A stretch of 57,694 nt of DNA from Calditrichota bacterium (GTDB taxonomy: Bacteria > Calditrichota > Calditrichia > Calditrichales > J004): NCBI GenBank assembly GCA_003696775.1, contig RFFS01000116.1:1-57694 (forward strand), given 5' to 3'. The position numbers and the translations under genes were made by a program. The first letter of the stretch is position 1; each line of letters opens with the position of its first letter. The notes under the pieces are model-generated. The model worked only from the letters and a program-made list of their open reading frames with translations, did no database searches and was not told where the DNA came from. This document shows positions 55,614-57,694 of the stretch, one piece after another.

Positions 55614-57694
55614 ATGACAATTTTATCCCACTGCAGAGCTCTTCCACGAAGAGCTCTGCATTTTTTCAAGTACTCTATCGGATTCTTCCTCATTGTATCC
55701 GGTTTTGTTAACGCTCAATCATTTCATACAGACATACTATCCCAAAGCGATGGGCACATGCATTTGCGTGTGCGTTTTGACGCGCCCCGTTTGATTCATG
55801 AAAACGGCCGGTCCTACGCCTGGTATGATAAAGCGCGCGTGGTTACAGTGGCCAATGAACGTATTGTGCCGGAAATCGCACTAAAATTAAATCTGCCCGC
55901 ACAAAAGGCAACCATGTCTGTTGTGTCAACACAATGGCGTGTTATCGCCAATGATTTAGAAAAAAACGTCCGTGCGGAGGCCTCTTCCAATACGGGACAA
56001 ACCTTTAAGGCACAACTTGAATACGCGGGTTTATACAGACGACAGCCTTTGTTTGTATTAAGAGTGATACCGGTTGAGTATAACGGAGACCGGACAATCA
56101 GGGCATTGAAGGAATTAACCCTTGATATAAGCTATCCGGTACATTCCGGAGAGCAATATGAAACACGCCGTTCACGTACTACGCAAAATATATTTGATAA
56201 CCCGGGTGATGAAACCTACCGGCTAAAGAAAGTCACAGCGATTCAATCCAATACAGCGATGCCCGATTATATCAATGAGTCGGTGTTTAAATTAAAAGTG
56301 GATAAGACGGGTATCTACAAGCTCACTTCACAGGATTTGCTGGAAGCCGGCGTGCCCATCGAAAATTGGGATCCTCAAAGAATCGCCATTTACAATAAGG
56401 GTAAAGAAATCCCCATCTATGTAAAAGGCGGTGAAGACGGGCGGTTTGACGGTTCCGATTATATTGAATTTTACGCAACAAAAAACGAAAAGACCTTTTT
56501 GGATCAATATCCGGATATGTATGCCGACCCCTTTACGGATATCAATGTATATTGGTTGGCCCAAAAAGAATATGCCGGTTTGAGAATGGTGGATGAGAGT
56601 GGCGCGGTTGTCAATGACAACTATATCGTCCCTTTCAAATTTAAAGACACCGTCCATTTCGAAGAAGATACCCACCGTGAAATATTCGGTAAGGACCCGG
56701 AATATATCAGTGATTCCGCTGATAAGTATGATCATTGGTTTTGGGGAAATGTAATAAGCGCCGTGGAAAGCCGTACCTTTACTTTCGATTTACCCGCTCC
56801 TTTCGAAACCGGTTCCTCCGTTTTTGTGCGCGCCATGTTGCGGGGTGTTTCCATTTATAATCCCAGCACCAATCCTATAGAAGGGCACCAGGCCTCCATC
56901 TGGCTCAATGATCAAAAAGTGGGTGAAATTGAACCCCGGGATCGTTGGCGGGGACAAAAATTGGCTCAGATTGATAATTTTAACAGCGCCGGGCTGGCTC
57001 AATCGAATCTGGTTAATGGTACCAATACCCTGCGTGTGGATATGGAGCAGGCCGGATTGACGGATATCATTCTGTTGAATTGGTTTGAAATAACTTACGA
57101 CCGTCTTTACCGCGCCAAGGATGATTTCATTAATTTTAATCTGCAAAAAGGGTTATATGATCCGTCCCGAACAACTCAATTTCAGGTGGACGGCTTTAGC
57201 GATCCAAATATCGATGTTTATAAATTGGGCGTCAGCAAGGTACTTAACGGTAAAGTCGATTATTATGAAGACAGTCAGCGTTTCACCTCCTATCGAATCA
57301 TCTTTCAGGATAAGGTTTATAATTCCGACCAACGCTATATAGCGGTAACGGAAAACGCTAAGTTAAAACCGCTTTCCATAGAGCCATATAAACCGTGGAA
57401 AGAAGAAGACCCTCTGGCCAATATCCTCAACACCACAAATATCGCCGATGTCCTCATTATCACCCATCCTGTATTTGATGAAACGATTAAAACCTTTAAG
57501 CAATTGAAAGAAGCGCAGGGTCACACCGTGGAAGTGGTGGATGTCGATCAGATTTACGATATATTTAATTATGGGATCAAATCGCCATTTGCCATTAAGC
57601 GTTTTATTAAATACGCGTATGATTATTGGGATGCTTCCATTCCCCTTGAATATGTAATTTTGGTGGGTGACGCTTCTTATAAAACAAAGGAGAC
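55614..57694 (+). CDS. C25 (gingipain/PorU-like) cysteine peptidase-family protein, truncated by the window end and absent from the ORF track
   Basis: Hand translation is open for 693 codons from ATG 55614: signal peptide (VNA|QSF), KLKVDKTGIYKLT..DL..AG, EIPIYV.GGEDGRFDGSDYIEFYA, NVYWL, ADVLIITH, V.QIYD.FNYG, AIKRFIKYAY, YVILVGDASY. The catalytic His/Cys would lie beyond the window. Confidence 0.85.
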   Translation, partial: MTILSHCRALPRRALHFFKYSIGFFLIVSGFVNAQSFHTDILSQSDGHMHLRVRFDAPRLIHENGRSYAWYDKARVVTVANERIVPEIALKLNLPAQKATMSVVSTQWRVIANDLEKNVRAEASSNTGQTFKAQLEYAGLYRRQPLFVLRVIPVEYNGDRTIRALKELTLDISYPVHSGEQYETRRSRTTQNIFDNPGDETYRLKKVTAIQSNTAMPDYINESVFKLKVDKTGIYKLTSQDLLEAGVPIENWDPQRIAIYNKGKEIPIYVKGGEDGRFDGSDYIEFYATKNEKTFLDQYPDMYADPFTDINVYWLAQKEYAGLRMVDESGAVVNDNYIVPFKFKDTVHFEEDTHREIFGKDPEYISDSADKYDHWFWGNVISAVESRTFTFDLPAPFETGSSVFVRAMLRGVSIYNPSTNPIEGHQASIWLNDQKVGEIEPRDRWRGQKLAQIDNFNSAGLAQSNLVNGTNTLRVDMEQAGLTDIILLNWFEITYDRLYRAKDDFINFNLQKGLYDPSRTTQFQVDGFSDPNIDVYKLGVSKVLNGKVDYYEDSQRFTSYRIIFQDKVYNSDQRYIAVTENAKLKPLSIEPYKPWKEEDPLANILNTTNIADVLIITHPVFDETIKTFKQLKEAQGHTVEVVDVDQIYDIFNYGIKSPFAIKRFIKYAYDYWDASIPLEYVILVGDASYKTKE
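55632..55666 (+). terminator. Intrinsic terminator overlapping the 5' codons of the C25 ORF
   Basis: Perfect 13-bp stem TGCAGAGCTCTTC/GAAGAGCTCTGCA, CAC loop, then TTTTTT. Confidence 0.8.

Noticed and set aside
56328-57342. Short ORFs listed at 56328-56735, 56790-57146 and 57121-57342
   Set aside because: They are shadows of the long plus-strand C25 ORF starting at 55614.

Overview
Bacterial chromosomal window, mostly core genes. The host is probably an FCB-group, Calditrichota-like diderm; this is inference from gene content and protein style. From left to right: (i) four AT-richer minus-strand accessory genes (S41 peptidase, small secreted protein, ABM-like, SRPBCC); (ii) a dcw cluster mraZ-rsmH-ftsL-ftsI-murE-murF-mraY-murD-ftsW-murG-murC-ftsQ-ftsA-ftsZ with no murB or ddl; (iii) a lipoprotein prolyl oligopeptidase; (iv) an 11-gene minus-strand run: SWIM-SNF2 ATPase, PTS EIIA, membrane Ser/Thr kinase, Cys-less FGE-fold lipoprotein, secreted tripeptidyl-peptidase-II-like S8 protease, mannose-family EIIC, EIID, HPr, EI, PGI/PMI, metK; (v) YciB-Nudix fusion, rnhB, aroK-aroB-aroQ, flippase, lpxK; (vi) two CAT-anticodon tRNAs separated by a terminator, then tilS-hpt-ftsH-TPR-folP-cdaA; (vii) a 1606-aa secreted beta-rich protein with a C-terminal sorting domain, then a truncated PorU/gingipain-like C25 ORF that the ORF track misses and whose first codons contain a perfect intrinsic terminator. 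The best candidates for undescribed biology are the PTS/kinase/FGE/TPPII-like module and the CTD-cargo plus C25 pair. I saw no CRISPR array, rRNA, transposase or integrase. All family assignments come from motif recognition by eye, not database searches.
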